A stretch of DNA of 64,000 nucleotides from Candidatus Omnitrophota bacterium. Its GTDB lineage: Bacteria; Omnitrophota; Gorgyraeia; B26-G9. The notes beneath the pieces were generated by a model. The model searched no databases and had not been told where the DNA came from. It saw nothing but the letters and a program-made list of their open reading frames with translations. This document shows positions 20,517 through 29,443 of this stretch, piece by piece. Made by a program: the position numbers and the translations under genes. Location of the stretch: positions 9,412 to 73,411 of the forward strand of contig JBDRPX010000007.1 of NCBI GenBank assembly GCA_043826565.1, given 5' to 3'. The stretch's first letter is position 1. Every line of letters begins with the position of its first letter.

Positions 20517-21332
20517 ATGATTAAAACATTATACGCGAGAATAAAACAGGGCTACAGAACAATGCCATTTCCAACTAAAAATGCGAATTTACCGGAAAGG
20601 TTTTTAGGGTTGCCTTGTTTTTCTTCAAAGGTTTCTAAAGAAGCGGGCGAGAAGTGTAAAGCTGTTTGCCCGACCGGAGCGATTGAGCAATCTAATAATA
20701 TTCTTACAATTGATTTGGGGAAATGTCTTTTTTGTGGAGCATGCCAAAACGCAGGCTCAACTCAGGCGATAACTTTTTCCCGGGAATATCGATTGGCAGT
20801 GAAGGAAAGAAAAGACCTGATCCTTTCGAATCTGTCAGACCGGCATGAACGCGAAATCAGAAAAAGAGTAAAACATATTTTCGGCCGGTCGTTAAAATTG
20901 CGTCAGGTTAGTGCCGGAGGGTGCAATGCCTGTGAGTCAGACATAAATGTTTTGAATACGTTAGGCTTTGATCTTGGGCGTTTTGGGATTCAATTTGTTG
21001 CTTCTCCCCGCCATGCGGATGGAATTGTAGTAACCGGCCCGGTTACAAAAAACATGAGGCTGGCACTGGAAAAAACATATAAAGCGATACCGTCTCCAAA
21101 ACTTGTTATCGCGTTAGGAGCGTGTGCGATATCCGGCGGCCCTTATATTGATCACAATGAAGCTAACAACGGAATTGATTCTATTATCCCTGTTGATCTT
21201 TATATCCCAGGCTGCCCACCGCATCCTTTAACGATACTAGATGGCCTTTTGAGTATTATGGGCCGGTTAGAACAGCGAGTTGTTTCGCCGGTTCTAACAG
21301 AGAGGATTATTGATGGGAAAAACAAAATTTAA
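20517..21332 (+). CDS. Ehr small subunit: ferredoxin-like domain fused to NuoB/HyfI-like domain
   Basis: CLFCGAC; SAGGCNACE, ASPRHADG, GACAISGG, IPGCPPHP. Confidence 0.88.
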   Translation: MIKTLYARIKQGYRTMPFPTKNANLPERFLGLPCFSSKVSKEAGEKCKAVCPTGAIEQSNNILTIDLGKCLFCGACQNAGSTQAITFSREYRLAVKERKDLILSNLSDRHEREIRKRVKHIFGRSLKLRQVSAGGCNACESDINVLNTLGFDLGRFGIQFVASPRHADGIVVTGPVTKNMRLALEKTYKAIPSPKLVIALGACAISGGPYIDHNEANNGIDSIIPVDLYIPGCPPHPLTILDGLLSIMGRLEQRVVSPVLTERIIDGKNKI

Positions 21333-21723
21333 TGAATTAAAACAAATTTTTAAGACTTTGCATGGGCCAAAAGGCTGTCTCTGGGATAAGGAGCAGACGC
21401 ATCAGTCCTTGCTTAAATCCCTGAAAGAGGAAACCCGGGAATTAACTCAGGCGATAAAAAACGAAGATTTCGATAATATGAAGGAAGAATTAGGCGATGT
21501 CCTGCTCCAAGTAATGTTCCATTCTCAGATTGCCTTAAAGAAAAAGAAATTCGATGTTGAAGATGTTATCGAAGTATTAATAAAAAAATTAAAACGCCGG
21601 CATCCGCATGTCTTTGGTAAAACAAAAGTAAAATCCAGCGCTCAAATTATTCGTAACTGGAACAAGATCAAGACTGAGGAAAAGAAAAAACTGGATAAAA
21701 AGAGTGGTAGGATTGATTTGTAG
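21310..21723 (+). CDS. MazG-family nucleotide pyrophosphohydrolase (single domain)
   Basis: GCLWDKEQTH, EETREL, EELGDVLLQV, KLKRRHPHVF. Confidence 0.88.
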   Translation: MMGKTKFNELKQIFKTLHGPKGCLWDKEQTHQSLLKSLKEETRELTQAIKNEDFDNMKEELGDVLLQVMFHSQIALKKKKFDVEDVIEVLIKKLKRRHPHVFGKTKVKSSAQIIRNWNKIKTEEKKKLDKKSGRIDL

Positions 21724-21724
21724 C

Positions 21725-22714
21725 ATGAAGAGAGATTTTAGTAAAAAAAATAAGTTAAAAGGGGTGGTTACTCCGGAAAAAGCCCGGCATCATGCCGAAA
21801 TGCTGGCAAATTCTGTGAGAAATAAATACCGGCACCTCTCAAAACGTTTTCGTAAGGCCCGGATAGAATGCTTTAGGCTCTATGACTGGGACAGTCCGGA
21901 AATCCGGATTGTGGTGGATTGGTATGCCGGACATCTGGTCGTCGCCGAATATGAACGCCTGCAGACCGGGCCGGAATATCTGGGGCAGATGGCGCAGGCC
22001 GCTGCGGCTGCGCTGAATGTGTCCAGTGAAAATGTGCATACAAAAAAAAGGCACACCAAAGTAACCGAAGGCCCCCGCTATAGCAAACTTGCCTGCGAAG
22101 GCAAACAGATTGAGGTAAGCGAAGGGGATTTTAAATTTTTGGTTAATCTTACGGATTTTTTGGATACCGGATTATTTTCCGACCATCGCCAGACGCGTAA
22201 TATTATCCGTAAGATGTCCGAAGGTAAGGATTTTCTGAATCTTTTTGCTTATACCGGAGCATTTACCTGCGCGGCAGCTTTGGGTAATGCCCGCTCAACG
22301 GTTACGGTAGACCGTTCGCAGACATATATAAACTGGGCTAAGGATAACCTCGCGCTTAACAAATTCCAAAATGAGCGGCATAAATTTGTGCAGTCTGATG
22401 TTATAAAATATTTAAATCGCGCGTATAAAGATGATCAGAAATTTGACCTGGCTTTTGTTGACCCTCCGTCTTTTTATAAGGATCAGTTAGCCGGGGTTGA
22501 TTTTGATATTAATCGCGACCATCCGGACCTGATAATCAAGGTTTTGAAAATAATGCGGCCGGGCGCGGATATTTTGTTTTCCACAAATCATCAGGACTTT
22601 GAGCCGAGGTTTGATGATCTTGAAGTTAAAGAGATCATTCCGTTAACTCCGAAAACCATCCCTGAAGATTACCGAAACCAAAATATTCATCATTGCTGGC
22701 AGATAAAGATATAA
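21725..22714 (+). CDS. Stand-alone RlmK/RlmI-like class I SAM-dependent rRNA methyltransferase
   Basis: FRLYDWD, DTGLFSDHR, LNLFAYTG, DPPSF, FSTN; resembles the C-half of RlmKL. Confidence 0.82.
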   Translation: MKRDFSKKNKLKGVVTPEKARHHAEMLANSVRNKYRHLSKRFRKARIECFRLYDWDSPEIRIVVDWYAGHLVVAEYERLQTGPEYLGQMAQAAAAALNVSSENVHTKKRHTKVTEGPRYSKLACEGKQIEVSEGDFKFLVNLTDFLDTGLFSDHRQTRNIIRKMSEGKDFLNLFAYTGAFTCAAALGNARSTVTVDRSQTYINWAKDNLALNKFQNERHKFVQSDVIKYLNRAYKDDQKFDLAFVDPPSFYKDQLAGVDFDINRDHPDLIIKVLKIMRPGADILFSTNHQDFEPRFDDLEVKEIIPLTPKTIPEDYRNQNIHHCWQIKI

Positions 22715-22732
22715 GTAATAGCGGACTAAAAT

Positions 22733-22768
22733 AACCCCTTGTAATATAATAAGTTACAGGGGTTTTTT
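22733..22768 (+). terminator. Intrinsic terminator
   Basis: AACCCCTTGTAA...TTACAGGGGTT followed by a T-run. Confidence 0.7.
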
Positions 22769-22827
22769 GTCTGCGTTTTCGGGCATAATGTTTGGGAATA
22801 TGGTATATTTGTAATATGGGGTAATAT

Positions 22828-23550
22828 ATGAAAAAAATTATTATTTTGTCAGTATGTTCTTTACTGGTTCTATCAATCCCTTATGTGTTTGGGGTAAAAA
22901 AGGGGGTTTCCCTTCAGGTTTATACTGTAAAAAATATTCTTTATACGATTAGCCCAGTGGGAGTAGCTGAGTTTAGTGATTTAGGGATAGTTGAGTTGTG
23001 CGGGCAGAAGGTAAGATTGCATACTTTGGAAACGCAGATATTTGGTTTTAAGGATAGAGAAAGGATTTATAGTGATTTAAAGACACTTCTGCCGATTCGG
23101 ATAGAACGTGATGTCGTCCGGTGGTTTAGCAAAGAGCGTATAGAAGAGGAATATGATCAGGAAAATTTCACCCTTACTATCCGGAAATTTAAAGGTCGCA
23201 GGCAAGTACACGAATCTGTAATTCAGAAGGATGGACCGATTAATAATGCGATTATGGTGCTGTTTGATTTGCGGACGATCCCTGAGCCTGAAATAGGGGT
23301 GAGTTTCAAGGCAAATCTTCCAACTGAATTTGAGATAAAATTGGAGTCTATAGATCAGATAAATATTCGTAATGAAACATTTGAGACCTATCATTTCACA
23401 AGTGTCCCGGATACATTTGAAACTTGGATTAGTAAGGATGCCCGCAGAATGCCTCTAAAAATAAAATTGCGCATTGGCATAGGATATACGTTGGTATTAA
23501 AAGAGTATCTTGAGGAAGTGTCCCTAAGTGATTTAACGAAGTTAAAATAA
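22828..23550 (+). CDS. Exported hypothetical protein (DUF3108-like)
   Basis: Signal peptide, beta-rich, C-terminal WISKDARRMPLKI. Confidence 0.5.
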   Translation: MKKIIILSVCSLLVLSIPYVFGVKKGVSLQVYTVKNILYTISPVGVAEFSDLGIVELCGQKVRLHTLETQIFGFKDRERIYSDLKTLLPIRIERDVVRWFSKERIEEEYDQENFTLTIRKFKGRRQVHESVIQKDGPINNAIMVLFDLRTIPEPEIGVSFKANLPTEFEIKLESIDQINIRNETFETYHFTSVPDTFETWISKDARRMPLKIKLRIGIGYTLVLKEYLEEVSLSDLTKLK

Positions 23551-23750
23551 AGCTGGATATAAATAGAGCCAGTTGCTCTACTTTTCTATTTTGCCGGATT
23601 TTTGAGGGATTTGGCTGTTGATAAGTAATACTTGTTTAATGTAGCAGTTATGATTATAATAGCGTGGTATTGATAAAACTGGAAAAGGAAGATACAAGGA
23701 GGCATCTTAGGCGATGCCTTTTTTAATGAGAGGGTTATTAAGGTAAAAAA

Positions 23751-25109
23751 ATGGATAAACATCAGAACAAATCGGCGCATCCCCGTACTTTAGCGAGCGG
23801 GGCATTTACTCAGCTTATGCCGGAGCTGCAGAAGGCGGTATCAGACCGCGGCTATCATACTCCCACACCCATACAGGATCAGGTGATTTTCCATCTGCTT
23901 AATGGCCGGGATCTGATCGGCTGCGCGCAAACCGGTACTGGAAAAACCGCGGCTTTTGTCTTGCCGATCTTGCAATATTTGACAAAAAATCCGCGCTCTC
24001 CGGTGCGGGGGAAACCTCGTGTATTAATCTTAGCTCCGACGCGTGAGCTGGCCGCGCAAATCGGAGATAGTGTTAAAAATTACGGACAATATTTAAAAAT
24101 ATCTTATGCGGTTATTTTTGGCGGCGTTAGTCAAAATCCTCAGGTGCGTGCCTTGGCGCGTGGTGTGGATATTGTTGTGGCTACTCCCGGACGTTTACTG
24201 GACCTGGCTAATCAGCGCCACATACATTTAGATCATATTGAGATTTTTGTCCTAGACGAGGCAGATCGAATGCTGGATATGGGTTTTATTCATGATGTTC
24301 AGCGTATTGTCGATAAGCTTCCCAAAAAACGCCAGACTCTTTTTTTCTCGGCGACCATGGATCAGGAAGTTGTTAAGCTTTCGGAAAAGATCATTCATAA
24401 TGCTGTTTTTGTCAGTGTGACTCCCGATAAACCGGCAGTAGAACGCATTGTTCAGAAAGTATTTTTTGTGGAAAAAAATCATAAAGATGCTCTTTTGGCA
24501 CAACTCCTGGAGGCTAAACATTTAAGCCGGGTATTGGTTTTTGTGCAAATGAAGCATTCTGCTAATAAGGTTGTTCAGAAACTACAAAAGCTTAGGATCA
24601 GTGCTACAGCTATTCATGGGAACAAAAGCCAGAATGCGAGAACTGAGGCGCTGGATAAGTTTAAAAAAGGCCATATGCGTGTTTTGGTGGCTACGGATAT
24701 TGCGGCGCGGGGTATCGATGTTTCTTCGATCTCACATGTGGTTAATTATGATCTGCCGCTAACCCCGGAAACTTATGTGCATCGCATTGGCCGGACAGCC
24801 CGGGCCAACACTGACGGTGACGCTGTTTCTTTTTGTTCGCCGGCAGAACGTGATTGTTTGCGCGCGATTGAAAAAATGCTGCGTATGGGGATACCGGTTG
24901 ATCGGGATCACGTTTTTCATTCTAAGGCCGCTGAGACTGCTACCGGTGCTGCGGCACGGGGCCCATCTAAAAGAGGGAGACTTGGCCGCAATGTAAACGA
25001 AGGGCGCAAGCCTGCGGCGAAGAGTAGAAAATATCCGGCACCCTGGGCGCGAAGGCCAAAGAGTAAAGGCAGCGACAAAAGCCGAAGCCGTTCTCCCCGC
25101 AGCCGATAG
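23751..25109 (+). CDS. rhlE: DEAD-box RNA helicase (RhlE-like)
   Basis: Q motif, AQTGTGKT, PTRELA, TPGRLLD, DEAD, SAT, ARGID, HRIGRTAR; basic tail. Confidence 0.88.
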   Translation: MDKHQNKSAHPRTLASGAFTQLMPELQKAVSDRGYHTPTPIQDQVIFHLLNGRDLIGCAQTGTGKTAAFVLPILQYLTKNPRSPVRGKPRVLILAPTRELAAQIGDSVKNYGQYLKISYAVIFGGVSQNPQVRALARGVDIVVATPGRLLDLANQRHIHLDHIEIFVLDEADRMLDMGFIHDVQRIVDKLPKKRQTLFFSATMDQEVVKLSEKIIHNAVFVSVTPDKPAVERIVQKVFFVEKNHKDALLAQLLEAKHLSRVLVFVQMKHSANKVVQKLQKLRISATAIHGNKSQNARTEALDKFKKGHMRVLVATDIAARGIDVSSISHVVNYDLPLTPETYVHRIGRTARANTDGDAVSFCSPAERDCLRAIEKMLRMGIPVDRDHVFHSKAAETATGAAARGPSKRGRLGRNVNEGRKPAAKSRKYPAPWARRPKSKGSDKSRSRSPRSR

Positions 25110-25583
25110 ATGGAAAATCTAGAGATTGATTTAAATAAAATTACGCAATTGGCAATAGAACAAGAGGAAGAGAACAGGGAATTTAATTCTTTTTTGAAAT
25201 CCATTCAGGATACCCGGAAGATAGATAAAATTGTACATAGCTTGTATAAGCAAGTATCAGCAAAGATAGATTGTACGAGTTGCGGTAATTGTTGTAAGCT
25301 TATGGATCCAGTCTTTAAAGCCAAGGATATTGCCAAACTCTCAAAAAGTATAAAAGATTGCTTAATAGAAGATAAAGAAGAAGACTTTGTTTTTAAGACA
25401 AGTCCTTGTCTGCTTTTAAAAGAAACTAAGTGTCTGCAGTATTTATCTCGTCCGGAGGGGTGTAGGTCTTACCCCCATTTAGATAGAAAAGATTTTATTT
25501 CCAGATTAGCTGAGGTCATGGAAAGTTATTCGATTTGTCCGATCGTGTTTAATGTGTATGAAGGTTTAAAAGCTAAAATTTAA
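25110..25583 (+). CDS. YkgJ-family cysteine cluster (CxxCxxCC) protein
   Basis: CTSCGNCC, PCLLL, RPEGCRSYP. Confidence 0.85.
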   Translation: MENLEIDLNKITQLAIEQEEENREFNSFLKSIQDTRKIDKIVHSLYKQVSAKIDCTSCGNCCKLMDPVFKAKDIAKLSKSIKDCLIEDKEEDFVFKTSPCLLLKETKCLQYLSRPEGCRSYPHLDRKDFISRLAEVMESYSICPIVFNVYEGLKAKI

Positions 25584-25638
25584 TTTTGTCTTTTATCTAA
25601 TTGTGATATGATAAAAGCCGCATAAGGGAGGAATAGTA

Positions 25639-27489
25639 ATGTCAGACGAAAATATTAAAACATATGAGTATAAAGCGGAAATGAAGCAGTTGCTGCATCT
25701 TATTGTGCATTCTTTGTATACACATCCGGAAGTGTTTTTGCGGGAGTTAGTATCTAATGCTTCGGATGCTTTAAACAAAGTTCGGTATCAGCAGTTAACC
25801 GACGATACTATTTTGGATAAGGATAAAGAGCTGGATATTAGGATTACTTTAGATGAAAAGACTAAAATATTTTCGATTGAAGATAGCGGAATCGGGATGA
25901 GTCAGGAAGATCTGACTGACGCTATTGGTACAGTGGCTCGTTCCGGGACGCTTGAGTTTCTGCAGAAACTCAAAGAAGAGAATAAAAATTCCGGAGATCT
26001 GATCGGTCAGTTTGGAGTTGGGTTTTACTCGGTATTTATGGTAACTGATGAGGTTACGATCGAAACCCGCCATGCTGATAAGGATTCTAAAGGATTGCGT
26101 TGGGTATCTTCCGGAGAAGGAAAGTATACAATCGAGGAAATCGATAAAAAAACCCGCGGGACAAAAATAACTTTTACTTTAAAAGAAAATGCAGCGGAAT
26201 TTGCCCACCCGTATAGAATTAAGGAAATCATTAAGAAGTATTCAAGTTTTGCGGATTTCCCGATCCTCTTAGGGCAAGAGAAAGTTAATACTGTAGAAGC
26301 TTTGTGGCGCAAAAGAGAGAGTGATGTTAAGGAGGAAGAGCGTAATGAGTTTTATAAATTCATCACTAAAGATTTTGAAGATCCGATGGCGCATCTGCAG
26401 CTGTCTTTAGAGGGAACGGGGGTTTCGTTTAAGGCTTTATTATTCATTCCCCACAGTGCGCCTCATGATCTGATGCGAACTCGTCAGCATAAAACAGTTC
26501 AGCTTTATTCTAATAAAATCATGATCATGGAAGATTGCCAAGAGCTGCTGCCGGAATATCTCCAGTTTGTAAGGGGAGTAGTAGATACCAGTGATATCCC
26601 TCTGAATGTGTCCCGGGAGACAGTGCAGGTGTCTGCGGTTATGGCGAAGATGAGAGAAGTTCTGGTTAAGAAGGTTCTGCAATGGTTAAAAGATATGTCC
26701 GAAAAAGAAACTGATAAATACATAACATTCTATAAGCAGTTTGGCCCGATGTTCAAGACCGGGTTAAACATGGATTTTATGAATAGAGATAAATTAACGG
26801 AGTTGCTTCGGTTTGAAACTTCTACTCAAGCGCCGGGCAAGTTGGTTTCCTTAAAAGAGTATGTCTCCAGGATGAAGGAAAATCAAAAAGAGATATATTA
26901 TCTTTCCGGGGATTGCCGGGAGTTTGCCGAGCGTAATCCAAACTTAGAATGCTTTAAGAAAAATGATATTGAAGTTATCTTCCTGCTTGAAGCAGTAGAG
27001 ATATTTGTTGTCCCAACAATCCCGTCCTATGATGGAAAACCGTTAAAAGCTATTGATAAAGGTGATATTGATCTGGACGTCGGCAGTAAAGAAGAAAATA
27101 AAGGACAAGACAATCTTTCGAAATCGCTTATTGATCTGTTTAAGACGACTTTAAAAGATCAAGTTGAGGATGTTAAGATCTCCAAGCGTTTGGTGGATTC
27201 AGCGGTTACCTTAGTAGTTAAAGACGGCGGCATGGATCACCAGATGGAAAGAATGATGAAGATGATGGGGCAGAATGTGCCGGAGGGAAAAAGGATATTG
27301 GAAGTAAATATAGATCATCCGGTAGTTAAAAACCTATCCCGCAGATATTTAGCCAATGCCACAGATGGCTTATTGGAAAAATGCATTGTTCAGCTTTATG
27401 AAAGCGCCCGTCTTATCGATGGAGAACTTTCCTCCCGGATAGATTATGTTAAGCGCATGACCGATATAATGGAAGAAGCGACAAAATAG
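25639..27489 (+). CDS. htpG: Molecular chaperone HtpG (Hsp90)
   Basis: FLRELVSNASDA, DSGIGM, IGQFGVGFYS, PLNVSRE. Confidence 0.96.
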   Translation: MSDENIKTYEYKAEMKQLLHLIVHSLYTHPEVFLRELVSNASDALNKVRYQQLTDDTILDKDKELDIRITLDEKTKIFSIEDSGIGMSQEDLTDAIGTVARSGTLEFLQKLKEENKNSGDLIGQFGVGFYSVFMVTDEVTIETRHADKDSKGLRWVSSGEGKYTIEEIDKKTRGTKITFTLKENAAEFAHPYRIKEIIKKYSSFADFPILLGQEKVNTVEALWRKRESDVKEEERNEFYKFITKDFEDPMAHLQLSLEGTGVSFKALLFIPHSAPHDLMRTRQHKTVQLYSNKIMIMEDCQELLPEYLQFVRGVVDTSDIPLNVSRETVQVSAVMAKMREVLVKKVLQWLKDMSEKETDKYITFYKQFGPMFKTGLNMDFMNRDKLTELLRFETSTQAPGKLVSLKEYVSRMKENQKEIYYLSGDCREFAERNPNLECFKKNDIEVIFLLEAVEIFVVPTIPSYDGKPLKAIDKGDIDLDVGSKEENKGQDNLSKSLIDLFKTTLKDQVEDVKISKRLVDSAVTLVVKDGGMDHQMERMMKMMGQNVPEGKRILEVNIDHPVVKNLSRRYLANATDGLLEKCIVQLYESARLIDGELSSRIDYVKRMTDIMEEATK

Positions 27490-27605
27490 AGACGCCACTA
27501 TTAATCCCTTGCAACGAAATGAGTTGTAAATGGTTTTTATTTGAGGTATAATCTCAACTACAAGATGGCACTATGTAATATGGGTCAAGAGGCGAGGAGG
27601 ATATA

Positions 27606-27743
27606 TTGGCAAGAGATAATTACTCATTTGGTAAACGTCAGAAAGAATTAGCAAAGAAAAAGAAACAAGAAGACAAGAGACAAAGTAAACTGGATAAAAA
27701 GAACTTAAAGGTCAAAGATGATTCGGAGCAGACTCCGGATTAA
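27606..27743 (+). CDS. Small basic protein, 45 aa (MARDNYSFGKRQKELAKKKKQEDKRQ...)
   Basis: TTG start after GAGGAGGA; below the ORF-track cutoff. Confidence 0.7.
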   Translation: MARDNYSFGKRQKELAKKKKQEDKRQSKLDKKNLKVKDDSEQTPD

Positions 27744-27781
27744 GGAATAAAATCTTTACCAAAACGAACAGAGGAGGTAAC

Positions 27782-27952
27782 ATGGGATATCAAGGCGGCG
27801 GCGGTGGCGGATATAACAGTGGACCACGTGAGATGCACAAGGCGACTTGTGAAGAATGTAAACAAGAATGTGAAGTTCCTTTCAAACCGAGCGGAGATCG
27901 TCCGGTTTACTGTAGGGATTGTTTTTCAAAGCGCAAGAACGACAGGCGCTAA
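27782..27952 (+). CDS. CxxC-x17-CxxC domain protein, 56 aa
   Basis: MGYQGGGGGGYNSGPREMHKATCEECKQECEVPFKPSGDRPVYCRDCFSKRKNDRR; SD GAGGAGG; paralog of 63686-63868. Confidence 0.9.
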   Translation: MGYQGGGGGGYNSGPREMHKATCEECKQECEVPFKPSGDRPVYCRDCFSKRKNDRR

Positions 27953-28021
27953 AGAATAGTCAAATGGCAAGACGAATATGGACGGTTCTCGCATCTAACT
28001 TAGAAATAAGGAGGAGCAGCC

Positions 28022-28126
28022 ATGGGAGATAAAGGCCAGAAAGACAAGAATAAACACGATAAACAAGTAAACAAAGCAAAAAACATGAAAAACGAAGCAA
28101 AAAAGAAAAAACAAGAAAAAGCATAA
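28022..28126 (+). CDS. Small Lys-rich protein, 34 aa (MGDKGQKDKNKHDKQVNKAKNMKNEAKKKKQEKA)
   Basis: SD AAGGAGG; followed by a strong hairpin. Confidence 0.6.
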   Translation: MGDKGQKDKNKHDKQVNKAKNMKNEAKKKKQEKA

Positions 28127-28165
28127 TAGTAGAAAAAATGTTGGTTTTGTTAATTGTTTAGTGAA

Positions 28166-28218
28166 TAAAGATTTAAACCCCTTGCGATAAAAGAAGTTGC
28201 AAGGGGTTTAAATCTTTA
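28166..28218 (+). terminator. Long hairpin / probable terminator
   Basis: 20-bp perfect arms TAAAGATTTAAACCCCTTGC / GCAAGGGGTTTAAATCTTTA. Confidence 0.7.
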
Positions 28219-28273
28219 GCGTTAAAATATATACAATTAATAACTCCAGCGTAGTTTAACTCTAACCTTAGAG

Positions 28274-29332
28274 ATGTTGATGGATAATATAAATAACGAT
28301 CCAATTAAGCCTAAGCGGCGTATTCGTTACAAAGGTACTCATCCCCGCCATTTTAATGAAAAATATAAAGAATTTAATTTTGAGAAATATACTTCAGATG
28401 TAGAGAAGGTTATTGGCGCGGGTAAAACCCCCGCCGGGACTCACCGTCCGATTTGTGTGAATGAAGTTTTAGATATTTTAAAACCAATACCCGGGGAAGT
28501 TGGTTTAGATGCGACTTTAGGTTTTGGCGGACATGCCCTTGAGCTGCTTAAAAAAATCACGCCTAATGGCCGGTTGTTTGCCTTAGATGTTGATCCGGTG
28601 GAGCTTGCGCGTACCGAAAAGCGTTTGCGCTCAATGGGTTTTAGCGATAAAGAATTAATCATTAAATCCAGTAATTTTGCGGGAATGTTTAAGTTCTTAG
28701 ATGAAGCCGGGGGAAGTTTTGATTTTATTCTAGCTGACCTTGGCGTATCCTCAATGCAATTAGATAACCCCGCGCGCGGGTTTACGTTTAAGCGCGAAGG
28801 TCCGTTGGATTTACGGCTTAACCCAGAGCGCGGCCAGCCGGCATCAGTACTGATAAGATCTTTAGATGAAGAACAGCTGGAGAAATTGTTTATCGAAAAC
28901 TCTGACGAGCCTTGCGCTCGGCCGATTGCCAAAGCAGTTTTTGAAAATAGAAATAAAATTAATACAACTACGGATTTAGCCAATGTTATTGCGGGTGGTT
29001 TGGGTGATAAATCATTGCGTGATTGCGGGGGTAAGGTAAAGGATTCTATCCGCAGAGTCTTTCAGGCGCTGCGTATTGAAGTTAATAATGAGTTTTCAGT
29101 GCTTGAACAATTCTTGAGGAATTTACCGTTTTGCTTAAAAGCAAAAGGCCGGGCGGCGATTTTGAGTTTTCATCCGGGTGAGGATAATCGGATTGTTGAT
29201 TTTTTTGAAAAAGGTTTAAGCAGTGGGGTATATGCAGATATTAGCCGCGAGCCCATACGTCCTGGCGCAAAAGAACAATCAGCTAATCCACGCTCTCAAA
29301 GCGCTAGGTTGCGCTGGGCAATAAAGAAATAA
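28274..29332 (+). CDS. RsmH/MraW-like methyltransferase with N-terminal extension
   Basis: DATLGFGGH, DLGVSSMQLD, PLDLR, FQALRIEVN, SFH, NPRSQSARLR. Confidence 0.88.
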   Translation: MLMDNINNDPIKPKRRIRYKGTHPRHFNEKYKEFNFEKYTSDVEKVIGAGKTPAGTHRPICVNEVLDILKPIPGEVGLDATLGFGGHALELLKKITPNGRLFALDVDPVELARTEKRLRSMGFSDKELIIKSSNFAGMFKFLDEAGGSFDFILADLGVSSMQLDNPARGFTFKREGPLDLRLNPERGQPASVLIRSLDEEQLEKLFIENSDEPCARPIAKAVFENRNKINTTTDLANVIAGGLGDKSLRDCGGKVKDSIRRVFQALRIEVNNEFSVLEQFLRNLPFCLKAKGRAAILSFHPGEDNRIVDFFEKGLSSGVYADISREPIRPGAKEQSANPRSQSARLRWAIKK

Positions 29333-29443
29333 AGGAGATTCCCGCCTACTTTTAAAAATCGGTAGAATTCTTATTCCTATCTAATTATTAGTAATGCAGT
29401 ATAATATAACAAAAGCGGCGGGATAAAGGGGTGAAGTTTCTAG

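Noticed and set aside
21310-21723. MazG as an anti-phage or toxin-antitoxin component
   Set aside because: No mazEF or defence genes are adjacent; it resembles the housekeeping MazG N-domain.
28166-28218. Integron attC site
   Set aside because: The arms are perfect, without extrahelical bases or proper RYYYAAC/GTTRRRY boxes, and there is no integrase or cassette array.
28441-28983. 180-aa antisense ORF (likewise 37776-38336, 12673-13122, 33814-34281, 40228-40647, 43558-43938 and other short overlapping ORFs)
   Set aside because: Shadow frames of well-supported genes with no recognisable motifs.
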